From NCBI GenBank assembly GCA_018378775.1, contig JAGZWV010000003.1, positions 26,898 to 90,897 of the forward strand: 64,000 bases of DNA, in the 5' to 3' direction. The stretch is from Collinsella sp. Its GTDB lineage: Bacteria; Actinomycetota; Coriobacteriia; Coriobacteriales; Coriobacteriaceae. Shown here piece by piece: positions 9,901-19,649 of the stretch (positions are counted from its first letter, which is position 1; each line of letters starts with the position of its first letter). The notes beneath the pieces are model-generated. The model saw only the letters and a program-made list of their open reading frames with translations. It was not told the DNA's origin and did no database searches. Made by a program: the position numbers and the translations under genes.

Positions 9901-10010
9901 TAGTCATTGGGGACGTTCTTAAACGACTAGTCATCGGGGACGTTCTTGTTTGACTAGTCATTTAAGAACGTCCCCGATGACTAGTTCCGTTTGCGGGGGA
10001 GGCGTGGGAC
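9901..10010. promoter_or_regulatory. composite palindromic cis-element: three copies of 20-bp unit TAGTCATYGGGGACGTTCTT (two direct, one inverted) plus GGCGTG-GACAAT box
   Basis: Units at 9901-9920(+), 9928-9947(+), 9965-9984(-); the second and third form a perfect 20-bp inverted repeat. Followed by GGGGAGGCGTGGGACAAT ~45 bp before the K+ channel ATG. Near-identical element at 23866-23945. Confidence 0.5.
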
Positions 10011-10053
10011 AATACCGAGCGAACGTGATTGGTTGTCCGTGGAAAGGGTCGCG

Positions 10054-10479
10054 ATGAAAAAGCTCAGGACGCTTGCTGACGTGTTACGCCAGGCGGGCTT
10101 CGTGCGCATTACGGAGCTATTCCTCGTCTTTTACTTGCTGTGCTCGACGGCCGTCTGGCTGTCCGAGCCCACGACCCTCACGTTTGGCGATGGCCTGTGG
10201 TTTAGCTTTGAGACGGTCTCGACCATCGGCTTTGGCGACATTCCGGCCGAGACAACGGTTGCCCGCGCCATTACCGTCATTCTGAGCGTCATCAGCATCT
10301 TCTACATCGCCATGCTCACGGGCGTGGCGGTGAACTACTGCAATACGCTAATCAAGATGCGTCAAAAGGACACCATGGCGCGCTTTATGGATGATCTGGA
10401 GCATTTGGAAGAGCTCGATCGCGACGAGCTTGCCGATCTTTCGCGTCGCGTGCGCGAATATCGCCGCCGCCAACGCTAG
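10054..10479 (+). CDS. two-TM potassium channel (ion_trans_2 family)
   Basis: K+ selectivity filter TVSTIGFGD between two hydrophobic helices; 141 aa from ATG 10054. Confidence 0.75.
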   Translation: MKKLRTLADVLRQAGFVRITELFLVFYLLCSTAVWLSEPTTLTFGDGLWFSFETVSTIGFGDIPAETTVARAITVILSVISIFYIAMLTGVAVNYCNTLIKMRQKDTMARFMDDLEHLEELDRDELADLSRRVREYRRRQR

Positions 10480-10515
10480 GACGGGCGCCGCGCGTCACGA
10501 TGAGGGGGACTGAAT

Positions 10516-11049
10516 ATGAATATCACCGTGTATCTGGGTGCCAGTGCCGGCAATGACCCGGCGTTTCTGCCCGCGGTGCAGGAGCTGGGCAACTGGATTG
10601 GCGCCAACGGACACGCGCTGGTATACGGCGGGTCCAAATCGGGCCTGATGGGTGCGCTCGCCGATAGCGTGCTCGATGCTGGCGGACACGTGACGGGTGT
10701 GGAGCCGAGCTTTTTTATCGAGGCCGAGTTTCAACATGACGGTATCGACGACCTCATCGTGACGAGTGATATGGCGGAGCGCAAGGCCAAGATGATTGAG
10801 CTCGGCGATGCGTTCATCGCCTTTCCCGGTGGCACGGGCACGCTCGAGGAGATTGCCGAGGTCATGTCCGCGGTGTCATTGGGGCACCTGAGCGCTCCGT
10901 GCATCCTGTATAACCTGGGCGGTTACTACAACGACCTCAAGGCGCTGCTCGGGCACATGATCGATAAGGGTTTATCGAGCCCGCAGCGCCAGCAAGGCAT
11001 TTACTTTGCCGACGATTTGCGCGAGATTGCCTCGATTATCAACGGATAA
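10516..11049 (+). CDS. LOG family protein (cytokinin riboside 5'-monophosphate phosphoribohydrolase-like, TIGR00730)
   Basis: ITVYLGASAGNDPAF...ALVYGGSKSGLMGALADSVLDAGGHVTGV...GDAFIAFPGGTGTLEEI: PGGxGTxxE motif of LOG family. Confidence 0.8.
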   Translation: MNITVYLGASAGNDPAFLPAVQELGNWIGANGHALVYGGSKSGLMGALADSVLDAGGHVTGVEPSFFIEAEFQHDGIDDLIVTSDMAERKAKMIELGDAFIAFPGGTGTLEEIAEVMSAVSLGHLSAPCILYNLGGYYNDLKALLGHMIDKGLSSPQRQQGIYFADDLREIASIING

Positions 11050-11174
11050 GTCTTGAGCCTGTCCCACTATGACTCCCAATGGTGCCGTTTGCGGCGCAGA
11101 CGGTTGGCTCGTTCGAGCAACGCTCGCTCTACAATAAAACATAACTATGTCGACTTTGACCGCGGGAGGACCCG

Positions 11175-12464
11175 ATGGATAACCTTGCCAAACCCACAAA
11201 CCGCGCGCTGTTTTTAGCTAGCGTTGCCGTGACCGGTGCGTTCGCAGGTGCCGCGGTCTGGCTGTTCTTTTTTGCGATGGAGCACGGTATCGACTATCTA
11301 TGGACCGAGATTCCGTACGCGCTGGGCGTCGCTTCGCCCGAGCTTGCCAGCGGCCCGTTTGGCTTTTTGCCGTACCCGTTTTTTGTCTGCCTGCTGGGCG
11401 GCCTGTTAATCGGTCTGTACGAAAAGATGACAGGCACCAAGACCGATGACCTCAATCAGGTCATGGCCAAGGTCAAGCAAGACGGGCACTACCCGTACGA
11501 CAACCTGGGCAAGCTTTCGCTCGCGGCGTTGCTGCCGCTGCTGTTTGGCGGAAGTATTGGACCGGAGGCCGGCCTGACCGGCGTTATCGCTGGTCTGTGC
11601 AGCTGGGTCGGCGACCGCATGCGTCGCTTTGGCGCCGAGTTTAGGGAGCTCACGCTGCTGGGCACCCAGGCCGCGCTGACGGCGCTCTTTACCGCGCCCG
11701 TCTTTGGTTTTGTGGCACCGCTTGCCGGTAGCGCCGACGGCGACGAGGGCTCTGCGTCCGGCGAGATCACCATCAAGCTGCCCAAGGCGCAAAAGACGGT
11801 GGTCTACGGTATTGCGATTGCCGGCGGTCTGGGTGCCTACCTGCTGCTTGGCCAGCTTGTGGGCGGCGGCATGGGCATGCCCAGGTTCGAGGCTGCCGTG
11901 GTGGGCAACTTGGAGCTTACCTGGCTCGTCCCTCTGTCGCTGATCGGAACAATCTGCGGCTGGCTGTACTTTGTCTCTGAGCACGCGAGCGAAGCGCTTG
12001 CCCATGCCATAGGGGAGCGTCCTGTCGTCAAGGCCATGCTAGCCGGTCTGGCGCTCGCCATCTGCGGCACGGTCCTGCCCTACACCATGTTTGCCGGCGA
12101 GACTCAGGCCGACGTGCTCATGGAAACCTACCTGACCATTCCCGCTGGCGTGCTTATCGCGACCGGTCTTGTTAAGGCCATGCTGACGCCCGCCCTCATC
12201 AACCTTGGTTGGCGCGGCGGCCACTTCTTCCCGGTTATCTTCTCAGGCGTAAGCTTGGGCTATGGCCTTGCCATCCTCACCGGCGCAGATCCGGTCTTTT
12301 GCGTCGCCGTCTGCACGGCATCGACGATGGGCGCGGTCATGCGTCAGCCGGTCATGGTCGTGGGCCTGCTGCTCATGTGCTTCCCACTCAAGGGTATCGT
12401 CTGCATGATCATCGCCGCCGTTATCGCCGCCGGCATTCCGCTGCCCAAGCCGCTGCGCAAGTAG
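11175..12464 (+). CDS. ClC-family chloride channel-like membrane protein
   Basis: GSIGPEAGLTGVIAGLCSWVGDRMRRF resembles ClC GREGP-TVQIG-GNIGRM selectivity region; later GHFFP resembles the GxFxP motif. Multiple TM helices; 429 aa. Confidence 0.6.
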   Translation: MDNLAKPTNRALFLASVAVTGAFAGAAVWLFFFAMEHGIDYLWTEIPYALGVASPELASGPFGFLPYPFFVCLLGGLLIGLYEKMTGTKTDDLNQVMAKVKQDGHYPYDNLGKLSLAALLPLLFGGSIGPEAGLTGVIAGLCSWVGDRMRRFGAEFRELTLLGTQAALTALFTAPVFGFVAPLAGSADGDEGSASGEITIKLPKAQKTVVYGIAIAGGLGAYLLLGQLVGGGMGMPRFEAAVVGNLELTWLVPLSLIGTICGWLYFVSEHASEALAHAIGERPVVKAMLAGLALAICGTVLPYTMFAGETQADVLMETYLTIPAGVLIATGLVKAMLTPALINLGWRGGHFFPVIFSGVSLGYGLAILTGADPVFCVAVCTASTMGAVMRQPVMVVGLLLMCFPLKGIVCMIIAAVIAAGIPLPKPLRK

Positions 12465-12558
12465 CACGGCAGCGCGCGGTCAGTACAAACATCTCAAGTC
12501 CGGTGCGGGCGCTGTGTCACGGATTTGCGGGTGGACTGGATTTCGTTCGGTATCGGCG

Positions 12559-13434
12559 CTACTTCCAAATTGCAAGCGCGGCGGTGCCCAGTACGATGAG
12601 GGCGAGACCGATGGCGCTGCGTCGTGAGAGTTTTTCGTTGAATGCCAGGCGCGCAAATAGTACTGATACGACAATCGATAGTTTGTCGATCTGCACCACG
12701 ACGCTCACCTGGCCTGTGGCGATGGCGTAGTAATAGAGCAGCCACGATGCTCCGGTCGCGATGCCCGATGTTGCGAGAAATGTGAGTTCGCGCCGGTCAG
12801 CGTGCGCGACCTGATCCAGTTTTCCCTTGGCTGCCACGATCGCCCATGCCATAACCAGTACCACGCAGGTGCGGATTGCCGTGGCCAGGTTTGACTCGAC
12901 GCCTTCGATGCCAACCTTGGCAAGGATGGACGTGAGCGCCGCGAACACGGCGGCGCCGAGGGCGTAAGCGAGCCAGGTCCGGTCTTGCTGCTGCTCGGGT
13001 CCGGCAGACTGCTTCTTCTCGATCATTAAAAACGTGCCGAGGGTGATGACAGCGGTTCCCACGAGCTTAACCGCAAGGTTGCTCGTCTCGCCAAAAAGCA
13101 CGATGGCGATCAGTGCGGCGAGTACGGTGCTCATCTTGTCGACCGGTACGACCTTATTGACGTCTCCGATGCCCAACGCCTTAAAGTAACAGATCCACGA
13201 AGCACCGGTAGCGAGTCCCGAGAGGACGAGAAAGAGCCAAGATCTGGGTTCGATGCTGCCGATGGTTCCAATGGATCCAGAAATGCCCGCCATTGCCCAG
13301 GCGAAAACGAGCACCACGCAGGTGCGAATGGCCGTCGCGATATCGGAGTCAGTCTGCTTGATGCCGCATTTGGCCAGGACAGATGTGACGCCGGCAAAGA
13401 AAGCTGACACAAATGCTGCTGCGACCCACGACAC
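12559..13434 (-). CDS. EamA/DMT-superfamily transporter (two EamA repeats)
   Basis: Ten predicted TM helices, internal duplication (ATAIRTCVVLVFAWA... twice), typical of EamA. Confidence 0.75.
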   Translation of the reverse strand: MSWVAAAFVSAFFAGVTSVLAKCGIKQTDSDIATAIRTCVVLVFAWAMAGISGSIGTIGSIEPRSWLFLVLSGLATGASWICYFKALGIGDVNKVVPVDKMSTVLAALIAIVLFGETSNLAVKLVGTAVITLGTFLMIEKKQSAGPEQQQDRTWLAYALGAAVFAALTSILAKVGIEGVESNLATAIRTCVVLVMAWAIVAAKGKLDQVAHADRRELTFLATSGIATGASWLLYYYAIATGQVSVVVQIDKLSIVVSVLFARLAFNEKLSRRSAIGLALIVLGTAALAIWK

Positions 13435-13577
13435 GGGTGAAATGCCTCCCCAAAGAACGACCGCGCCAGATTTACGGCGCTCGTCCGATGATACCGTCCC
13501 GCCATGAAGCTTTGATATCGCTGTGGTGAGACAGGGGCCATAGTTCGAGAGGGCATTTGGTTAAGGCTCGAATCGAA

Positions 13578-13753
13578 GGTGAATGGTTTTCCGCGAAGTG
13601 AACGAGTAAATCTGGACCCCTGGAACATGCGCACTTTTTTCGAACAAAACTGCAGGATTCTTAGACAAAACCGCAGGAATTGAGTCCTTAAAAATGTCGA
13701 TGCTACAGGGCGCTGTTTTTACTCGTTCACTTCTCGGAAAAGTATTCACCTTC
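13578..13753. repeat. ~176-bp element bounded by ~57-bp imperfect terminal inverted repeats (MITE-like / long hairpin)
   Basis: Arm 13578-13634 versus reverse complement of 13697-13753 (~80% identity; core CGAAGGTGAAT(G/A)(G/C)TTTTCCG(C/A)GAAGTGAACGAGTAAA). Central 60 bp contains direct repeats AAAACTGCAGGATTC / AAAACCGCAGGAATT. AT-richer than surroundings. Confidence 0.5.
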
Positions 13754-13883
13754 GATATGCTGACGGTGTCTTTTTGGTTGCCAAGAGCTAGACGGCCTGC
13801 TGTGAAGGGCGGTGGTGACGCTATGCCGCCTCGTTTCGTTGAAAAAATAAGCGGGGTACCACCTAAGCTTTTTTAGCCGTCGA

Positions 13884-14582
13884 TTACAGATCGCGTGCTC
13901 GGTAAACCTTGGTGCTGACGGTGCAGCTGATTGCACATAGCGCGAGGGCAAGTGCGGCGATGCCCGCGCACAAGCAGCCGAGGACGGCAGGATCGGGATT
14001 CGCCCCAGCAATCGACATGAGCCAGTTGCTGATGGGGTTGGAGGAGCTCAGCGTGGCCATGGCAAGGCATCCGAGCAGGGCAAACAAGGCAACGGATAGG
14101 CGCAGCGCCTCCATGCGTCCAAATCGAAAGAACAACGGCTGTGCCAAAAACACCATCATGAGGGAGATGAGCATCGATGCTGCCGAGGCTATTGCAATCT
14201 CAAAGACGATCTGTCCCGTCAACGGAATACCCGCGCTGTTGAAGAGCGGGAAGGAGACGACGCTCAGAAGCGCGGCGGCGCACGCCATGACAGCCGAAAA
14301 GACAATGATGCTCAGGTAGCGTGCGCAGATGATGTCTTTACGAGAAAGAGGCAGCGTTGCGCGATAGCGCTCCCAACCGTTTTGATTGTCGAAACCGGCC
14401 AGTGAGTTCATGAATATGATGGGTGACATGGCACTGACGGCGCAGGCGCCGGCGCTCATACCGGAATCGCCATCCGACGCGTTGGCGAGCGTCAGCACGA
14501 CGAAGATGAACAGGCCGACGCCTGCAATGCTCGGAATAAGCGAGCGAGCGATGGCGAGCTCGGACATAAAGGCGCGTTTCAT
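13884..14582 (-). CDS. ABC-2 type transporter permease (membrane partner of the adjacent ATPase)
   Basis: 232 aa, six hydrophobic helices, 4-bp overlap with the upstream ABC ATPase; ytrB-like position in a GntR-ABC operon. Confidence 0.6.
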   Translation of the reverse strand: MKRAFMSELAIARSLIPSIAGVGLFIFVVLTLANASDGDSGMSAGACAVSAMSPIIFMNSLAGFDNQNGWERYRATLPLSRKDIICARYLSIIVFSAVMACAAALLSVVSFPLFNSAGIPLTGQIVFEIAIASAASMLISLMMVFLAQPLFFRFGRMEALRLSVALFALLGCLAMATLSSSNPISNWLMSIAGANPDPAVLGCLCAGIAALALALCAISCTVSTKVYRARDL

Positions 14583-15460
14583 TTCGAAGCCCCTTTCAGC
14601 GTGAGGCGCAGGTAGTCATCAATGGTTGCCCGATCGCAGGGAATCTCGGGGAAGGCCTCGAGCGTTTCGCAACGGTTGGGCACGAGCACGTCCACGCTAT
14701 AGGCGTGGTGGACGGCACGGGCGCCTTCGACGCAAGCCATAAGCTCGGCGGCCTGTGCTTGGGTGCAGTGGGCGATGCCGGCGCGGTCGGTAATGTCCTC
14801 GCGCGGCAGGTCAAAAATAATCGAGCCATTATCGATGCAGATGACGCGATCAGCGGTGCGATCGAGGTCGGACGTAATGTGGCTCGAGAGTAACACGCTG
14901 TGCTGGCCGTCGGCGACAAAGGCAAGCAGCTCATCAAGCAGTTCCTCGCGTGCCATGGGATCGAGGCCCGCGGTGGCTTCGTCCAAAACGAGCAGTTTGG
15001 CCTTGTGGCTGAGCGCGCAGGCAAGCTGCAGCTTCATGCCCATGCCGCGGGAGAGGTCCTTGACCTTTGCCTTGGGATCGAGGCCAAATCGGTCGATGAG
15101 GCTGGAGAAGGTGTCGTGGCTCCAGGTGGGGTATGCCGGGCTTACGAGTGCCTCAACTTCGGTCACCTTGAGTGTGGAAGGGAAGGGGCATGTGTCCAGC
15201 ACGAGGCCGACACGAGTGCGCAGGCAACGCTGCGTTTCATCGGGCGCGTCGGCGCCACAGTGCTGCCCAAACAGGTGCACTTCGCCGGCATCGAGCTTTA
15301 TAAGCCCAAGCGCGGCGCGAATCGTCGTGGTTTTGCCGGCGCCGTTTGCGCCCACAAAGCCAACAATCTGGCCGGGCTCCACGGCGAGCGTGACATCGCG
15401 TAGTGAAAAGCGGTCGCTCACACGGCGTGAGATACCTTTGAGTTCTAGCAAGTTCTGCAT
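14579..15460 (-). CDS. ABC transporter ATP-binding protein
   Basis: Walker A GANGAGKTT; signature LSRGMGMKLQLA; Walker B LLVLDEATAGLD; H-loop. Confidence 0.85.
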   Translation of the reverse strand: MQNLLELKGISRRVSDRFSLRDVTLAVEPGQIVGFVGANGAGKTTTIRAALGLIKLDAGEVHLFGQHCGADAPDETQRCLRTRVGLVLDTCPFPSTLKVTEVEALVSPAYPTWSHDTFSSLIDRFGLDPKAKVKDLSRGMGMKLQLACALSHKAKLLVLDEATAGLDPMAREELLDELLAFVADGQHSVLLSSHITSDLDRTADRVICIDNGSIIFDLPREDITDRAGIAHCTQAQAAELMACVEGARAVHHAYSVDVLVPNRCETLEAFPEIPCDRATIDDYLRLTLKGASK

Positions 15461-15483
15461 GGTATAGCCTTTCTTGCAGATGA

Positions 15484-15864
15484 CTACTGCATGGTTTCGG
15501 GGGCTACCAGGTCGAGCATCTCGTGCAGTTTGTCGCGCGTGACGCCCAGGGTTTCGGCTTGGCTCGCCGCTTTCGCAAGCAACTCTTCGATATGGCAGAG
15601 CTGACTTTCGCGTAAGAGTTCTTGGTTGCCCTCAGCGACAAAGCACCCCTTGCCCTGCACGGTGCAGATAAACCCGAGCTGCTCCAAGTCGGCGTAGGCG
15701 CGCTTGGTGGTGATAACGCTCACACTCAGGTCGCTGGCAAGCGCACGGATACTGGGGAGTTTGGCTCCCGCAGCGAGTGCGCCCGATAGGATCTGAGCTT
15801 TGACTTGCGAGGCTATCTGCTCGTAGATGGGCTTGTCGCTCGAATTGGATAGGATGATGTCCAC
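15484..15864 (-). CDS. GntR-family (YtrA-subfamily) transcriptional regulator
   Basis: 126 aa; PIYEQIASQVKAQILSGALAAGAKLPSIRALASDLSVSVITTKRAYADLEQLG is a canonical GntR wHTH; short C-terminus typical of YtrA. Confidence 0.8.
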   Translation of the reverse strand: MDIILSNSSDKPIYEQIASQVKAQILSGALAAGAKLPSIRALASDLSVSVITTKRAYADLEQLGFICTVQGKGCFVAEGNQELLRESQLCHIEELLAKAASQAETLGVTRDKLHEMLDLVAPETMQ

Positions 15865-15975
15865 AGCGGCTCCTTAGCTGTTGGGCTACACGTGTATATA
15901 ACCGGTAAGCACAGTATATATACACTATGCACAGTTACGCAAGAGGTAAATAGGGATTGTCCGCTCGTTCATTCA

Positions 15976-16273
15976 TCTCAATCTGTAACATCTGGAACCG
16001 ATATGGACGGCTACCTGTTACAGATTGAGATTTTGCTGGCGGGCCCCACCTGGTTGTCTCAATCTGTAACAACTGGAGAAGATTTTGGCTGCTAGATGTT
16101 ATAGATCGAGACATTGGCCGCCCGTCTATCCTTATATCTCAATCTGTAACAGATGGACCCGTTTTGAGTGGCTAGATGTTACAGATCGAGATCTTTCTGG
16201 GACGCCCACCTGTTTGTCTAAATCTGTAACAGGTAGAGGTTCAAAAACCGTCTAGATGTTACAGATCGAGACA
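15976..16273. repeat. array of 8 copies of ~20-bp motif TCTC(A/G)ATCTGTAACA.. in alternating orientation forming four ~80-bp palindromic units
   Basis: Copies at 15976(+), 16011(-), 16058(+), 16094(-), 16134(+), 16168(-), 16216(+), 16251(-). 15-bp arms TCTCAATCTGTAACA/TGTTACAGATTGAGA with 20-25-bp loops; units 1 and 3 and units 2 and 4 are similar (~160-bp higher-order period). Region ~45% GC versus ~63% flanks. Confidence 0.7.
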
Positions 16274-16416
16274 AGCTGCTGCAGAGTGCCGCCGCCGATC
16301 GGCAACCAAAGCCCCAACTGATGAATTTGTCCTGATAGGCGCCCTAGAGCGAGATTTCGCGGCTACAATAGTGCGGTTACAACGACGTAATGCACTCAAT
16401 GCAAGAAAGGATCCGC

Positions 16417-18030
<1,614 letters not shown>

Positions 18031-18130
18031 TGCGCCGGCGCGGTGGCCTGGCGGGGCTGCCGCGCCGTTTGCTTGCCTGATGCCGTGTGAGCGGCTATCA
18101 TACCCACCGTCGTCTCAAGACCGGGGCGTC

Positions 18131-18180
18131 CGAGCAGTTCGGGTCCGATATCCTGCTCGTTAAACCTAAAACCAAAGGAG
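18131..18180 (+). ncRNA. candidate preQ1-I-like riboswitch (hairpin + A-rich tail overlapping SD) in yhhQ leader
   Basis: CGAGCAG-ttcgggtccgatatc-CTGCTCG hairpin then UUAAACCUAAAACCAAAGGAG ending in the SD 7 nt before the yhhQ ATG; resembles preQ1-I aptamer tail (UUAACAAAACAAGG). YhhQ/COG1738 genes are classic preQ1-riboswitch targets. Confidence 0.3.
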
Positions 18181-18186
18181 TACATA

Positions 18187-18909
18187 ATGATCAAGAAGGT
18201 CATGGAGGACTATAAGGTCCTGTTGCGGAGCATTCCCGCGGCAACGGTTTCGCTGTTTTTCGTGAGTGTCATCATGATGAACCTGCTGGCCAACAAAGAG
18301 CTCATCAGCCTGCCGTATCTGGCACTCGATTGCGGCTTTGTGGTGAGCTGGGTTTCGTTTTTGTGCCAGGACATGATCTGCAAGCGCTTTGGCGCCAAGG
18401 CATCCATCAAAATCTCTATCCTCGCGCTGCTGGTCAACCTGGCCGTGAGCCTGTGCTTTTGGGCATGCTCGCTCACGCCCGGTATGTGGGGCGCCTACTA
18501 CGACACGGGCATGATCGAGGTTAACACTGCCCTTAACGCCACCATCGGCGGCACCTGGTACGTGGTGCTGGGCTCTTCGCTGGCAATGCTCGTTTCTGCC
18601 GTGGTTAATTCCACGCTCAACCAGTCGCTCGGCCGTATGCTCAAAAAGAATAACTTTGCGAGCTTCGCCTTCCGCTCCTATGTGTCCACGGGTGTTGGCC
18701 AGTTTATCGACAACCTGGTCTTTGCCATTGTGGTGAGCCACACGTTCTTTGGTTGGACCTGGGTGCAGGTCCTTATGTGCTCGCTGACCGGCGCTGTTGC
18801 CGAGCTGCTGTGCGAGGTCTTCCTGAGCCCCGTGGGCTACAAGGTCGTGCGCGGCTGGGAGCGCGAGAATGTGGGCTCCGAGTACCTCGAGCGCCACGCA
18901 ACCGCCTAA
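18187..18909 (+). CDS. yhhQ: queuosine precursor transporter (YhhQ/VUT family, DUF165)
   Basis: 240 aa, six TM; conserved YLALDCGFVVSWVSFLCQDMICKRFG and GQFIDNLVFAIV motifs typical of YhhQ. Confidence 0.75.
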   Translation: MIKKVMEDYKVLLRSIPAATVSLFFVSVIMMNLLANKELISLPYLALDCGFVVSWVSFLCQDMICKRFGAKASIKISILALLVNLAVSLCFWACSLTPGMWGAYYDTGMIEVNTALNATIGGTWYVVLGSSLAMLVSAVVNSTLNQSLGRMLKKNNFASFAFRSYVSTGVGQFIDNLVFAIVVSHTFFGWTWVQVLMCSLTGAVAELLCEVFLSPVGYKVVRGWERENVGSEYLERHATA

Positions 18910-18918
18910 GGAGCAAGT

Positions 18919-19599
18919 ATGCGGGTTTTGATCACGGGCGCTTCGGGCGGTATCGGAGCCGCGTGCGTGCAGCGCTTTTTGGACGAGGGCCACGAGGTCG
19001 TGGGCTTTGATCTGCTGCCGGCGGCGATCGAACACGAGCGCTACCGCCATCTGATTGTTGATGTCCGCGAGCCTAACTCGTTTCCAGGCGACCTTGAGCC
19101 TCAGGTGATCGTGAACGTTGCCGGTACGCAGGATTCGGCCGACGACATCGCCGCCAACCTGTATGGCACCATCAACGTGACCGAGCGCTACGCCTTTGCG
19201 GGGGAGGGGCTTGCCGCCAAGCCGGCGCCTGCTATCCAATCCGTGGTCAATGTGGGGTCGGCGAGCGGGCATACGGGATCGGAGTTTCCCGCCTATGCCG
19301 CCAGCAAGGGCGGCGTTATCGCCTATACCAAGAACCTTGCAAACCGCTTGGCACCGCAGGCCATCGCCAACAGTGTGGACCCGGGTGGCGTTGTCACGCC
19401 GCTCAACCGTTGTGTGATGGAAGACGAGCACCTGTGGAACCAGATTATGGAGCTCACGCCGCTTAAGCGCTGGGCCACTGCCCAAGAGATCGCCGAGTGG
19501 ATCTACTTTGTGGGCGTGACCAACCGGTTTATGACCGGGCAGAGCCTGTTGATCGATGGCGGCGAGGCCGGCCGCACACAATTTATTTGGCCCGAATAG
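18919..19599 (+). CDS. SDR-family NAD(P)-dependent oxidoreductase
   Basis: TGASGGIGAA Rossmann motif; catalytic YAASK; NSVDPGGVVTP. Confidence 0.8.
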   Translation: MRVLITGASGGIGAACVQRFLDEGHEVVGFDLLPAAIEHERYRHLIVDVREPNSFPGDLEPQVIVNVAGTQDSADDIAANLYGTINVTERYAFAGEGLAAKPAPAIQSVVNVGSASGHTGSEFPAYAASKGGVIAYTKNLANRLAPQAIANSVDPGGVVTPLNRCVMEDEHLWNQIMELTPLKRWATAQEIAEWIYFVGVTNRFMTGQSLLIDGGEAGRTQFIWPE

Positions 19600-19600
19600 G

Positions 19601-19636
19601 AAACGCGCCCGATGGAAAGCCGTCGGGCGCGTTTTT
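19601..19636. terminator. bidirectional rho-independent terminator
   Basis: AAACGCGCCCGATGGAAAGCCGTCGGGCGCGTTTTT between convergent SDR and ung. Confidence 0.75.
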
Positions 19637-19649
19637 GATGTATCGATTT

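Noticed and set aside
15976-16273. Possible CRISPR array
   Set aside because: Repeats alternate in orientation (inverted pairs) rather than being direct, spacers are not unique/uniform, and no cas genes are present; treated instead as a palindromic repeat array.
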